The notes under the pieces are model-generated. The model was not told the origin of the DNA and ran no database searches. It saw only the letters and a program-made list of their open reading frames with translations. A program made the position numbers and the translations under genes. A DNA stretch of 64,000 nucleotides from NCBI RefSeq assembly GCF_006345805.1, contig NC_043008.1, forward strand, positions 17,298,001-17,362,000. Reading direction: 5' to 3'. Numbering within the stretch: position 1 is the first letter of the stretch; each line of letters opens with the position of its first letter. Source of the DNA: Octopus sinensis. Taxonomy: Eukaryota. Positions 13,944 to 26,790 of this stretch are shown piece by piece.

Positions 13944-13990
13944 CACATATATTAAAAGACGCCAGTGCCTTTGAAAAAAATATATAAATA

Positions 13991-14562
13991 TATTTCATTT
14001 TGGATTTGGTTTGCAAGATTCTAAGCGTGAGTTCGTATGTTGAAGAATATTTTGTTGTGTCCGGGGATAGTAACTCTAGTTTAGTGCCTTATTATTATGA
14101 AACAGGCACAACAACGATCCCGGAATGGTAAAAATCAATACAGATACCTAAACAATATCGACGGTTTTGCGATGTCGGAATGTATACTATCAGAGGTCTT
14201 CGGCGCCAAGACACCGAAAAACAATACCTCCACAAAATCCAACAGCAACGAAAACAAAGTTACTTTAGAATATACGGTGCAGTAAATCTAGATACAGGTG
14301 AAATGAATGGTTGAGAGTTACCAACAAAATTCACTACATATAAAATGTTCAGAAGAAATTGATTGTCTGCGATTGGAAAAAGCGTTCTTAATATTAAAAT
14401 GTAGGTTAGAGCAATACAACAACAATAACAACAAAACAAACATGCGGAACCAAAACAATTATAATAGTAACAATAACGGTGATAATAGCAACAGCAACAA
14501 TGACAACAACCGTTTGTGAAATAATAAGGCACTAAAAGAGAATGACTTTCCCCAGACACAGA
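13991..14562. mobile_element. Foldback/MITE-family inverted arms flanking ~425 bp of unrelated sequence
   Basis: TGTGTCCGGGGATAGTAACTCTAGTTTAGTGCCTTATTAT (~14056-14096) versus ATAATAAGGCACTAAAAGAGAATGACTTTCCCCAGACACA (14521-14560). Confidence 0.6.
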
Positions 14563-15064
14563 AATATACATATATATGTATATATATATATACGGACATA
14601 CATAATTAATAATATCAAAGGGTAATGTTGAAATATTAGAAATGTCCATTCCCAGGGGCCTAGCGTGTAATACTTCGCCTAGCAAATTATTTTATTTGAT
14701 AAAAAAAAGTCTGAAACCATTTTTCCAGGAGTTAGATGGTTCAGTGAGTCCTATGAAGGATGCTTCTTATGTTTTTAAGTGTAGACTGTATTTATATATA
14801 CATACACACATATATAGGATAGAGGATTTGAATATGCAGAGGTCTTATATAGAAGTTCATTGATTTGACGGGTTTCACATTTAAAAACATTTCAAAAGTA
14901 CAATCTAAGGCTGCACAAATCCTTACATTTTGCTTTTCAAAATCATATTTTTTAAATAGTGAAACTGGTCAAGTCAATAAACATCTTTAAAACATATCTG
15001 CATTTTCAAATCCCCTTTCCTATAAATTTCACTCATCCGGAATATATATATATGTATATATATA

Positions 15065-15280
15065 ACGGGAAGCTTTATGAAAATAAACAAAAGGCGAAGG
15101 CAGGTGGAGTACAAACAAACAATTGTGTTAGTATGGCGCTCAGGAATATAAATAAAACAAGTCTTTTACGTTTCGAGCCTACGCTCTTCAACAGAAAGAT
15201 ACACAGAAAAGAAACACGGAGAGAAACAAAGAGAGGAAAAAAATGCGTGCAGAAGCTAGCGATTCAACATGGCGATTCCC
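15065..15280 (-). mobile_element. PLE pseudo-LTR-like fragment inside (TA)n
   Basis: Homologous to 26520-26705 and carries a hammerhead-like motif. Confidence 0.65.
15162..15199 (-). ncRNA. Minimal hammerhead ribozyme motif (PLE type), variant core
   Basis: TCTTT-CTGTTGA-A-GAGC-GTAG-GCTC-GAAAC-GTA-AAAGA: stems I and II pair; core is CUGUUGA instead of CUGANGA. Confidence 0.65.
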
Positions 15281-17156
15281 ATATATATATTACATATTTA
15301 TATATATATAATATAATATATTATATATATATATATATGTGTGTGTACTATATAATATATAGTGGTGTGTGTGTGTGGTGTGTGTGGTTGTGTATGTGTG
15401 GTGTGTGTGTGTATGTGTGTGTGTGTGGGTGGTGTGTGTAAGTGCGCGTGTGTGTGTTGTGTGTGTATGTGTGTGTGTACTACGGCTGCTCGTAGCTTAC
15501 TAATTTCCTAAACCCTGATGCGTGGATCCTACAATTACATATCGTTATATGTACCTCCCATAATTTACAATTCCGGAAAAGCTAGAATTATGCCAAATTC
15601 TGGAGTCGATTCGTACGACTAAAGTTACTTCAATCTGTTTCCCAACCCTGTCCTTAGTGTATGACTGACACAAGTAAAAGATTAGGAGTGTTCCATATAA
15701 TTTGATTTAGCAATCTGTATAAATGCTCTCTTTTCTGACTTCGTCTTCTACTCTAATGACCATTTCTTGGTGTTAGCTGAGCTCATGTCACCTTCATTCA
15801 GATATTCTTCTCTCACGCTCATCTTTGACATATAACATTAAGATAACCATTAATGTCATGACTTTCACAAGTCTAGGAGTATTTTAGAATGGTAAGTATA
15901 CTGTGTTTTTTCCAAAATAAGAAAGGAAGTGTGTAATTTTTTCACCTGATGGATATAAGAGTTTTACAATACAGCATACATCAGATCGACATGCTACAGA
16001 AACGAAGACAAATCGAATACTTAAGTCTAAAAATCAAAAAAAAATATAGATTTTGCACATATTATTTGCGTGTGGTAGCAATTCCTCATTTCTTGACATT
16101 CAACTGACTGTAGTTTCAAACTATAACATTGATTACAAATGAATTCGGTGCAATTCGGAACAGTTGTCTAGCCAGCATGTAAAATGAGTTGAGCTTTCAT
16201 CCTCTATTACATTACACAGATCTTTAAAGCAATGAAAAGTATGTCACTGGTGTTGCCCATCCTACAATTAGCAATCTGTAAAAGTATGGTTCTTGTTTGC
16301 TTTTCATTCATTTTCATTAAGTTGATCAAAGCATGCTTTTGAGGAAATGTAATATCATTTGAACACGAATCTAACGTAGCCAAAATAAACAATCTTTGAA
16401 CTTGATACAAACAACACTATGATTGTAAAGTTGATATTTAATTTTACATAATGATATTCTTTGACAGCCACGTGCAATAATCGTTTAAATGTTGAAAAAT
16501 ACATTTAACATCTCAGCATAGATCCAAATACTTAAACCAGCTGCTTAGAATATAACATGATATATTTATGTAACGCTTCCTCGTTTTATTTCGATAAATT
16601 TATTTGCAAACTTCAGCAAAATTTCTTGTTGTCGGTGTTCTCTGAAACGAGATTTATTGTTGAACAGCCAAAATAACTTAAGATCTCATCACTCGTATCA
16701 AAAGACTAAAAATCACAATATATCTTTGGAAACATTAACAGCTTTTCCGCAACCATTTACGAAGCTGACATCGTTAGTAAATCATTCTTCCTCTGCATTC
16801 TCGTACAAAACTCAAGCGAAATTTATGTGCGTGCATGTGTGTGTGTGTGTGCATGTATGTGCATGTGTATGTTTCTGTTTGTGTGTGTATATATGTGTGT
16901 GAGCCTGTGTCTGTGTGTATGTATGGATTCATACACAAATGTATGGAAATATGCATGCGTGTACAAATATACATACAGCTTGAAAGTTAACATCTCTGAA
17001 ACCGGAAAACCTTGTCAAATCGTAGACAATTTTCTGAGGCTAAAAGCAGAAGAGTGTGTTATGTGATTAAACGTGTACCAGCTCAAGAATACCATCTGCT
17101 TTGTTTTGCTCAGACATATTCAGACTATCACGTGACATAGATTTTGCAAGCATACT

Positions 17157-17384
17157 CTCTCTCTTTACTCTTTTAATTGTTTCAGTCATTTGACTGCGGC
17201 CATGCTGGAGCACCGCCTTTAGTCGAGCAAATCGACCCCGGGACTTATTCTTTGTAAGCCCACTACTTATTCTATCGGGCACTTTTGCCGAACCGCTAAG
17301 TGACGGGGACGTAAACACACCAGCATCGGTTGTCAAGCAATGCTAGGGGGACAAACACAGACACACAAAAACACAAACACCACA

Positions 17385-17449
<65 letters not shown>

Positions 17450-17598
17450 TACGACAGGCTTCTTTCAGTTTCCGTCTAGGCATTGGTCGGCCCGGGGCTA
17501 TAGCAGAAGACACATGCCCATGATGCCACGCAGTGGAACTGAACCCCGAACTATGTGGTTGGTTAGCAAGCTACTTACCACACAGCCACTCCTGCGCC
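17157..17598 (-). mobile_element. Full-length GGCGCAGGAGTGG-family SINE
   Basis: High similarity to 54602-55020. Confidence 0.92.
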
Positions 17599-17778
17599 TA
17601 TTTATACACACATTTTGTTGAAGTTTACATGGTCGCAACATCCAAGAACATCAGTAATATATTTAACAACGAAGGAGAGAAAGAGGTAGCAAGAAATAAT
17701 GTCTGTTTTGCGTTTTAATTGTTTAATATTCAAGAAAGTATCGTCAACACCTATGGACCTTGATGTTTTGTTCTTCAG

Positions 17779-17865
17779 GATTTTCTGTTTGCAAGGAGAA
17801 AAGGAGAAAATTATTCTCGTTTGGGAAACCTGATCTGAATATTTTCAAATGTGTGAATTCCAAAG
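17779..17865 (+). CDS. Candidate 87-nt phase-1/phase-1 exon (FSVCKEKRRKLFSFGKPDLNIFKCVNSK)
   Basis: Acceptor TGTTTTGTTCTTCAG, donor AAG|GTAAAC; only one frame open; no homology recognised. Confidence 0.25.
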
Positions 17866-18515
17866 GTAAACAAGGTACTGGTGATAATGTTAAGTTGGTT
17901 GGTGGATTAAGTTGCTCGATTTGCTACGTAGAGCAGCTAAATCTTCCTCCAATTACATCCCGTGGGTAATACTTTATATAAAAGAAAAATTATATAGATG
18001 GTCAAATTTAAAACGCCATTGAACGTCTGCTCAAATATGTTTTGCATGGAAAATAACTAACAACAATAACAACAAACACAAAAATTTCCAGTAACTGTTT
18101 TAGCTGAAAAAAGTGTGATATTAAACGATATGACTGTAACTACCATGTTTAAAAATGGAGCCAAATATAATGGGGGGAAACATAGAATATTTAATTGATA
18201 GCTATGTTCAAACTTTTACATGTTCTAACAGAATGCAATTTTATCATACAACACAACATAACACAAAAACGAATTTATTCTGTTGCAAAATGAAACACTG
18301 TAAAAAAATATATATAATTCGAACCGCTTCAAAATTAAAATGTTTTCATTATATGATCCAATAATTTTTAAAGTGTTCATCATATATAACCCATTACTGA
18401 ATGAATGCCTAACCGAATCGATAATATATTAAATCATACTATGAAATATTCGCGCCTAATACGTCGTCTTCGCTGTTTTGTTGTATGGTTAAATATTTAA
18501 TTCTCACTGTTTCAG

Positions 18516-18559
18516 GTAACAAACCTGCAAACAGGAAGCGTGGGTATCGGCTGAAGTAA
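18516..18559 (+). CDS. Candidate terminal exon (GNKPANRKRGYRLK*)
   Basis: Acceptor TTCTCACTGTTTCAG; phase compatible with 17779-17865; AATAAA overlaps the stop codon. Confidence 0.2.
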
Positions 18560-18869
18560 TAAAGAAATGATTTCGAATTTTACATTCAACGTCCGTGATA
18601 TTTTTCGTTGTTCACTCAATATTGTATTACCACCCTAGTTTCAGGTGAAATGTCTTTTTGTGTTTTCTGAATATGTTACAAGGAAATCTTTGCAATTCAC
18701 TTACATAGAGTATCAGAGAAAAATCGTTTCTTTTTTAATACTGGATATTAAATGCTGGCCCATATTTCCATTGTAATTTCTTACAATGAAATTTCTGCGA
18801 TTATTTGTCCTCAAGTATATAAATCTAGAACGGAGATATTCTAAGATCATGCATTCATAAATGTTCTTT

Positions 18870-19258
18870 TATTATTTTATTCTTTTACTTGTTTCAGTCA
18901 TTTGAGTGCGGCCATGCTGGAGCACCGCCTTTAATCGAGCAAATCGACACCGGGACTTATTCTTTTGTAAGCCCAGTACTTATTCTATCGGTCGCTTATG
19001 CCGAACCGCTAAGTGACGGGGACGTAAACACACCAGCATCGGTTGTCAAGCGATATTGGGTGGACAAACACACACATACATATATACATATATACGACGG
19101 GCTTCTTTCAGTTTCCGTCTACCAAATCTACTCATAAGGCATTGGTCGGCCCGGGGGCTATAGCAGAAAAAACTTGCCCAAGATGCCACGCAGTGGGACT
19201 GAACCCGGAACCATGTGGTTGGTTAGCAAGCTACTTACCACACAGTCACTCCTGCGCC
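18870..19258 (-). mobile_element. Full-length GGCGCAGGAGTGG-family SINE
   Basis: High similarity to the 17157 and 54602 copies. Confidence 0.92.
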
Positions 19259-19277
19259 TTGTCTGTGTTTCACATAC

Positions 19278-19565
19278 ATTATGGCTGCCCCCTCGTTATC
19301 GAGTATGGCCATTGCACGAAGCTTAACTGTTACTGGTGCTGTGATCGAATGTGACTTTTTAGCCCAGCTAAAGATCTACAATGTCTTGTACAAAATTGGC
19401 AACTAAGACCTTTACTGGTAATAGCCGGCTGTAGTTGTAGCTGGGCTTCATATACCTTTGCATGTCGTTTAAGTCCTCCTGCCGAATTACACTCTCTTGC
19501 ACATGCACGACAGATATGATTAATATGGTGCGTTACACCACCACCAGTGGCCAGGTTGTCACTCA
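19278..19565 (-). mobile_element. 3' end of an RTE-clade LINE
   Basis: C-terminal C2H2-like CQFCTRHCRSLAGLKSHIRSQH* followed by a short 3'UTR. Confidence 0.7.
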
Positions 19566-19566
19566 T

Positions 19567-19760
19567 TACATACATACATACATACATACATACTTACATA
19601 CATACATACATACATACATACTTACATACATACATACATACATGCATACATACATACATACATACATACACACACTCACATACATACATACATACATACA
19701 TACATACATACATACATACATACATACATACATACATACATACATACATACATACATGTA
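19567..19760. repeat. (TACA)n microsatellite
   Basis: Direct inspection. Confidence 0.95.
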
Positions 19761-19784
19761 CATAAAAGTGAATGTATACATACG

Positions 19785-19970
19785 AAAGGATGAAAGGCAA
19801 AATCGACCTCTGAGTTCAAATTCCACCGAGGTCGACTTTGCTTTTCATCCTTTCGGGGTCGATAAATAAAGTACCAATTTCGCACTGGGGTCGATGTAAT
19901 CGATTTAATCCCTTTGTCTGTCCTTGTTTGTCCCCTTTATGTTTAGCCCCTTGTGGGCAGTAAAGAAATA
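19785..19970 (+). mobile_element. 5'-truncated Nin-domain SINE with Tx1-like tail
   Basis: GAGGTCGACTTTGCTTTTCATCCTTTCGGGGTCGATAAA...TTTAGCCCCTTGTGGGCAGTAAAGAAATA; a short inverted copy (CGAAAGGATGAAAGGCAAAATCGACCTC) sits at the 5' end. Confidence 0.8.
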
Positions 19971-19978
19971 TATATATA

Positions 19979-20507
19979 CGAGGTCTGATCAAAAAGTATC
20001 AGGACTGTTGCTATGTAGTTAGAGGGGTAGAAACTAAAGTAGTTAGAGGGGCACAAACTTATATTCACCTCTACTGTGCATGTATGCTCTTCCGTGGTTC
20101 ATAGTAGTGCTTGAAACTAAATTTTTAGAGTGTAGTCATCTCAAAAAGAAGATGGCGTATTGCCTGCGAATGATCTCCTTGACTGTGTTGGGGAAGACGA
20201 AAGCTTACTAATCACTCATAACAAGTGACGGAATGTTCATCTATGGTGATGACACACAAATAAAAGCTGGGTCACCTAAATGAAAGACGACATCTTGATT
20301 TCAAAACGTCGATGAAATCCAGGAGAATGTGGCGATGTTATCCCACAAATGAGTTCCAGGAATGCCTCCATCAATGGAAGCGATGCTGAATGAAGTGCAC
20401 GACTTCAGAAAGAGGACTACTTGGGATGGGATGGATTAAATGCTGAATTAATGTGTCATGGTTTTCTTCATACAGCACCGATCCTGATACATTTTGATCA
20501 GTACCCG
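19979..20507 (+). mobile_element. Mariner-derived internally deleted element, TA TSD
   Basis: TIRs CGAGGTCTGATCAAAAAGTATCAGGA / TCCTGATACATTTTGATCAGTACCCG; remnants ITSDGMFIYGDD (ITGDETW..YD) and EFQECLHQWKRC*MKC. Confidence 0.8.
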
Positions 20508-20727
20508 TATACACATATCCATATGTTATGTACATATGTCATTCTCTCCTCCCACCTTTCCCTCTCTCTCTCTCTCTCTCTGAATACATATATATATATA
20601 TATATATGCATACATATATGCATGTGTGTGTGTGGGTGTGTTGGTCTCTGTAAAGATGTATATATATATAAATTAAAAAAAATAAAGGTAATGCCATGCA
20701 ACTTCGTAATAATCCTTATAATTATTG

Positions 20728-20761
<34 letters not shown>

Positions 20762-20768
20762 TATATAT

Positions 20769-20809
<41 letters not shown>

Positions 20810-22200
20810 GTTTGTATTTGTCTATGTGTGTGTATATTTTTATGTGTATGTATATACGTATGTTAGCGTTCAGTTAGAATAAAATCAAGACGGTATCTGC
20901 TCTCTCGCGGTGAAGAAATATTTAGAGTGGGTAATTTCAGAACAAAAGGCACCAACTAGTAGACAGCATAATCATTAACCTAGATTAGAAGAGCCTACTA
21001 ACATTAATTATAATTCGTGTAAAAAATTGGACAAGTTACATCCACGAGTGATCGAAAGTAGATGACAATGAAATTGATCATACATATAAACTTTTATCAT
21101 CAAGATTAAAGAAAATAAGATTTTCAAATCTGGGTCATATACATACTTACATATGAATATAAATATGCATACACACACACACATATGTATGTGTATGTAT
21201 ATCTATATGAATGGATATATATGTATGTCAATGGATATATATCAATATATATATATATATATATACACCCACTCAACACCCTAATGTCAATGGGCTGCTC
21301 GGAGTCCACAGAAGCAAGAGATTCTCATCACTGCAATAGTTATACAAATATACGCATGTGACTGTATGTGTGTATATGTGTGTGTGTATATGTACGTAAA
21401 TATGTGTCGTGCGTTCAGTTCGGTCCCCTGTTGCAAATGAATTCAAAAAATGCTTTTGTTTTTTTTTGGCGATTATTGTTTTACTATTGTATTTTCATTT
21501 TTGTAACCATTATCAAAGATATAGTTATAGAAGTAGTGATGGAAATCGCAAGCTATAATAATAATAAAGCAGATGAAGTCAAATAGAAAAAAAAAGAAAT
21601 AGAACGAATCCAATTAATATAAAATTAAAAGGTCATCAGAAATAAGGTGCCAGATCGAAAAGAATGAAAGGAAATGATTTCAGCAAGATACTTTGAAAAC
21701 TAATGTTAAAAAAAAATATATCGTTGCAACGAAATGAGACGTTCTGTTTACTGATTTAAATTCGGATACGAAAACCCCTACACGCACACGGGCACAGAAA
21801 CGCAAGTACAGATGCGTTCACATCCATAGATACACACACAAACATAGACATAGTCTCACACACACACACGCAACGTACACATACACACACTCGTTCTCTC
21901 AAGCATACACATGCACTTACACAAACATATCCATATAATATATATATATATATTATGTATATAATATATATTATATATATATGTATATATATATATGTAT
22001 ATCTATATATATAAACATATACCATATATTATATATACATAAATTTTTAATTTTAAATTTTAAATTTTAAATTTTAAATTTTTAATTTTTTCCCTGTTTA
22101 CGGAATTGATTTTATTTGCGGTTGAAGCTTGGGCTGTATTTCTAGTGGGTGAAATGGCCTATTATGGCCGTTCCTTGATTGTGATGTATATACATCTACA

Positions 22201-22233
<33 letters not shown>

Positions 22234-22381
22234 TATACATATATATATAAATATATTTATATATATATACATATATGTACATATATTATAATACATACAT
22301 TTATATATATATATACATATATGTACATATATACATATATATAATATACATATATATATTATAATATATATATATATAATA

Positions 22382-22420
<39 letters not shown>

Positions 22421-23487
22421 TATATATATATAATATATATATATATTATATATGAACGCAAAAATATATGTCTGTCTGTGTTGTGTAAGAATGAACGTTT
22501 TTGTACCCCGCTGTGAGTTTTGAGTATATAGTGAGCAGCACAAAAGATATCATGAATAGTAAAGCAAATTACATTTGTTCATTAGAAATATTTTATGAAT
22601 AATTCCAATGCATCTCTGAGAATTTTTTGTAAGGTATGAATGCACACCACAAACAAGTGCTACTATTGTGTACCGAGTCTATGAGAAATCATATCTAATT
22701 TGTTCCAATGCCACAAAACTCAAGTTCTTCAACATATTGACCTATTTGTAGCCTAAATGTAAAACGTGACAGCACAGCAAGTCTCTGATTTAGTGTACTT
22801 TAATTCTTGGCGAATTAAAAATACCATAAAAATCTTAAAATGTAATTGTTACTTTTTGCTGAGGTTACGGCGCTAAAAAAGCATTGTAGAATAATTTGCT
22901 AAAATCCTGTTTCTAAAATTACCGACTTCATTGAAATCACCTTGCAAAAGTATAACCTACGCTAGGACGCATTGAGAAACGATTCTAGTCCCTAGTTTAA
23001 TATTGGACTAACTGAACATATTCTTAAACCTTCTTTCATCACTGACTCCGAAAGAAAACTTAACACTGCTTTCTCGAATTATCCCTGTCACCTGAGGGAT
23101 AAATTGCGTATAGTTTGTTTATTCTGGGATCTAGCATCTTAACACAATGGAAGATTAAACCTGAATATCTACTATTGTTGCTTTCCTAAAATAATGTTTC
23201 ATTTTCTTTTTTGTGTTTTCTTGTCTATGATTCTTTTCCTGTGAATCAATCACCTCTGACTTTATCCTTTAATAAAAAGCTTTCCTTCCAGGTTAATATA
23301 AGCTGTAATAGAAAACAGGAAGATGACTTTGCTTTGGTGTATGTTGTTAAAAAAACATATGTGAGATTTGTTTAACTTTTTAAACATTTAGTGAGAAAGA
23401 GTTCCCCGTAGCCAAGTATGTATCTACAACTATCTATCTATCTATTCTACCTACCTACCTATCTATCTATCTATCTATCTATCTATA

Positions 23488-23534
<47 letters not shown>

Positions 23535-23667
23535 ATATCTATCTATCTATCTATTTATCTATCCATCTATCTATCTATATATCTTTTTATTTGTATATGT
23601 GTCCATTTATCTGTATGCCCATCTGTGTGCACACAAATACACATACACACATACAGACGTATATATA

Positions 23668-23780
23668 GTGAAGACGCATGGGCTTGTGGCTCGGCTGCGG
23701 CAGTCACAATCGCTAGATTGTGGGTTCGATATTCAGACCAGTCGGCACGTTATATTATTGAGTAAAACACTTTCAACTTG
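23668..23780 (+). mobile_element. Diverged tRNA-SINE head
   Basis: GTGAAGACGCATGG...GGGTTCGATATTCAGACC...TTGAGTAAAACACTT. Confidence 0.55.
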
Positions 23781-23782
23781 TA

Positions 23783-23827
<45 letters not shown>

Positions 23828-23991
23828 TATATATAATACACAAAGAGCAATAAAGATTCAAGTTAATTTTAAAAAAATTTACTTGAATATGGTACCTAAC
23901 TTAGATGCCACCAAAAAAAACTATACTGATTTAACAATACAGTAATGTGGGGTGATTATAAGCGAGAAAGAAGCAACAAGAATGGATAGGT

Positions 23992-24082
23992 TTTTAGTAC
24001 GATCGTTTCATACAAGGACAGGTTTTATTAAAAGTTGCAAAGATTACAGCATATAAACGAGTCCCGTACTCATCAGCTAAAA
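23992..24082 (-). ncRNA. Hammerhead ribozyme (type I, minimal palindromic stem III)
   Basis: Reverse complement of the 25175-25264 motif. Confidence 0.8.
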
Positions 24083-25174
24083 TACATGTAAGTTCTCTAG
24101 ACATCCTAGTGTTTGAGGCTATACTCATGAAGTAATGTAGATAATTAAACAGATTTCTATAAGATTTGACCTGTAGTCAGTCAATGTATGAATAATAACA
24201 ACTCCTTAAGACAATAAAATGAATAAATTAAATAAGTAAATTTTTAATGACTTTTTGATAAGATTATACTTAGATTTTCAATGTATTTTTGGTGATTTTA
24301 GCATCTGACCCCTTAACCCTGACTATGTTATCTCTTTAGATTCCTTTAAACTCATAGCTGATTTCAACAGCAATAAATTACGGTTTACTGGTCAAAGAAT
24401 AATATTCTCCTCTAGTTCCTAGATGCCTGTTGATTAAAACCAGACTTACAGTCTACTAACTCTTCTGTATAACTAGAACCCTCTTTTTTTCTTTTCTTTT
24501 TTTCCCTTCTTTCCCTATTTCTTTCTCTTTTCTCTTTTTTCTTTTTCTTCTTCTTATTCTCTGTTTCCTTTTCTCTTCTCTTTAGTCCCCCTTCCCCCCC
24601 CCTTTTGCTCCCTCCTCCATTATTTTCTCTCTTTTCTTCTATCCCCTTCTCTATTCTTGGCCGATCTAGTAAGCCCTTCAGCCTTGAAGAGTTAAATAGC
24701 TACAGCCTCTTGTGAATAGCAGTAATGTGATTAATGTGGCAAATACCTAATCATATAACAAGGATTGATACCTACCTCATTGTGTTCAACCATGGTAAAA
24801 TTATCGCCTGTGAATATGAAATTCACCTCCATTTCTCTGGAAATTTACATCTACACCATTGGAATCTGTGCATATATACAAAGGATTAATTCACCTCTCT
24901 GTAATGCTAATAAGCAGGAATTGAGACCCACCTCGTTGTAATAACAATGGATAAATTTGTCTTCTGTGAGTATATAATCCCTCATCATATCTATGGAAAT
25001 TCATATGGATTAGGTCACCTTCTCTGTGATGCTATCAAAACTTTTTAAAATTCTGTGATAAGACTGTACATCATCTTTAGAGAACTTTAATGAACTTTAG
25101 AAATCTGTTTAATTATCTACATTACTTCATGAGTATAGCCTCAAACACTAGGATGTCTAGAGAACTTACATGTA

Positions 25175-25264
25175 TTTTAGCTGATGAGTACGGGACTCGT
25201 TTATATGCTGTAATCTTTGCAACTTTTAATAAAACTGTCCTTGTATGAAACGATCGTACTAAAA
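25175..25264 (+). ncRNA. Hammerhead ribozyme (type I, minimal palindromic stem III)
   Basis: TTTTAG-CTGATGA-GTACGGGAC...GTCCTTGTAT-GAAAC-GATC-GTA-CTAAAA: intact core, stem I TTTTAG/CTAAAA. Confidence 0.82.
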
Positions 25265-25348
25265 ACCTATCCATTCTTGTTGCTTCTTTCTCGCTTATAT
25301 ATATATATATATATATACATTCCTCTCTAGTTTCAGATGCACCGCCGT

Positions 25349-25379
<31 letters not shown>

Positions 25380-25504
25380 TAAACGGATTGATGGTAGTAA
25401 GTAGGACTGTATCATAATCATTGGTATATTGTATGATATAATTATGGGGATAAATTTTTACATATAGTCTGGTCTCATGCTCCCACGTAAAAGCTTTACA
25501 CATT

Positions 25505-25727
25505 CATAATTCTTTTCTACTCTAGGCACAAGAACCCACATTTCCGGGGAGGTGGGCAGTCGATTAGATTGACCCTAGTACGCAACTGGTACTTAAATTA
25601 TCGATCCCGAAAGGATGAAAGGCAAAGTCGACCTCGGCGGAATTTGAACTAACGACGTAACGGCAAACGAAATATCGCTAAGCATTTCGTCCAGTGTGCT
25701 AACGTTTCCGCCAGCTCGACGCCTTTT
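25505..25727 (-). mobile_element. Full-length Nin-domain SINE
   Basis: Minus strand AAGGCGTCGAGCTGGCGGAAACGTTAGC...GAGGTCGACTTTGCCTTTCATCCTTTCGGG...GTGCCTAGAGTAGAAAAG. Confidence 0.88.
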
Positions 25728-26519
25728 AACATATTCATAACAATCCCTACTATGTAAATATGTATGCTAATGCCTTATAACGTATATGCTTTACTAATAT
25801 ATATTGCTTAATCATTCATACTAACATGTTATTCAAATGATTTACACACTATAAAATCTTTGTTCCAGTATAAGTACCTATTTTTTGCCAGGCACTAAAT
25901 TTCTTAATTTAATTTATGTTTATAGCTTTTAGTCACATTGTAAGGTAGATGTCCGTGTCTTGTTTCGGGGCTTCTGGGACGAATGGGGAGAAGGAAGGCA
26001 CCCTGAAACCAAATGTCTGCTTGTGAGCGTTGCAACAGAATCGACTTCAGTAAAATCAAAGACGGCGGAGTTAAATCGGGCGAGAGTTTAAGTCTACCAC
26101 ACGTGTGGAGGATGGAGCGCTGTAAACTTGAAAGTTAAAAAACCTGGAACAAACATTGCAAGCATCCCCTTAAATTCACTGCTTTTAATTGAGATTATTT
26201 CGTCAGCGACCACAAATATTAATGGTAAATTGAAATATTTTGCTGACGACTACAACGCACAGTCTGTTTCGAGAATCGAAAGCATAATCTTCTGATTAAC
26301 AACATAACCACTACTAAAACTGATATTACTTTCTAGTATTGCTAAGGTACACCTAAAACCCACAACTTCTCAAACTTTTGTGTGATGGAAGTGTTTTCAA
26401 TTAGGAGTCTTCTACGTATGTTCTCAAGCAAATTCCAATTTTCTTTCACAGTACCGAATCAATTTTTATTATTCCGAAGATACTTTGAATCACCTGATAT
26501 ATATATATATATATGATAG

Positions 26520-26705
26520 ATCAGTAGCCACTACTCACATTTTTTCTCTCCTTCTGTTTTTTTTTTTCTGTGTTCCTGTCTGTAGAAGAGCGTAGGCTCG
26601 AAACGTAAAAGACATTTTTAGTTCCTGAGCGTTATACTAATACATCTGTTTGTTTTGTACACCACCTGTCTTCGTCTTTTGTTTTTTCCTGAACTCTCCC
26701 CTATA
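26520..26705 (+). mobile_element. PLE pseudo-LTR-like fragment inside (TA)n
   Basis: Homologous to 15065-15280 in the opposite orientation. Confidence 0.65.
26575..26613 (+). ncRNA. Minimal hammerhead ribozyme motif, variant core
   Basis: CTGTAGA-A-GAGC-GTAG-GCTC-GAAAC-GTA-AAAGAC; stem I partly degenerate. Confidence 0.55.
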
Positions 26706-26710
26706 TATAC

Positions 26711-26790
<80 letters not shown>

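Larger units (their letters stand above)
23957..25299. mobile_element. Non-autonomous Penelope-like element with inverted ~200-bp pseudo-LTRs
   Basis: Arms 23957-24159 and 25098-25299 are reverse complements apart from one 1-nt indel seen; each carries a hammerhead; (TA)n tracts lie nearby on both sides. Confidence 0.8.
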
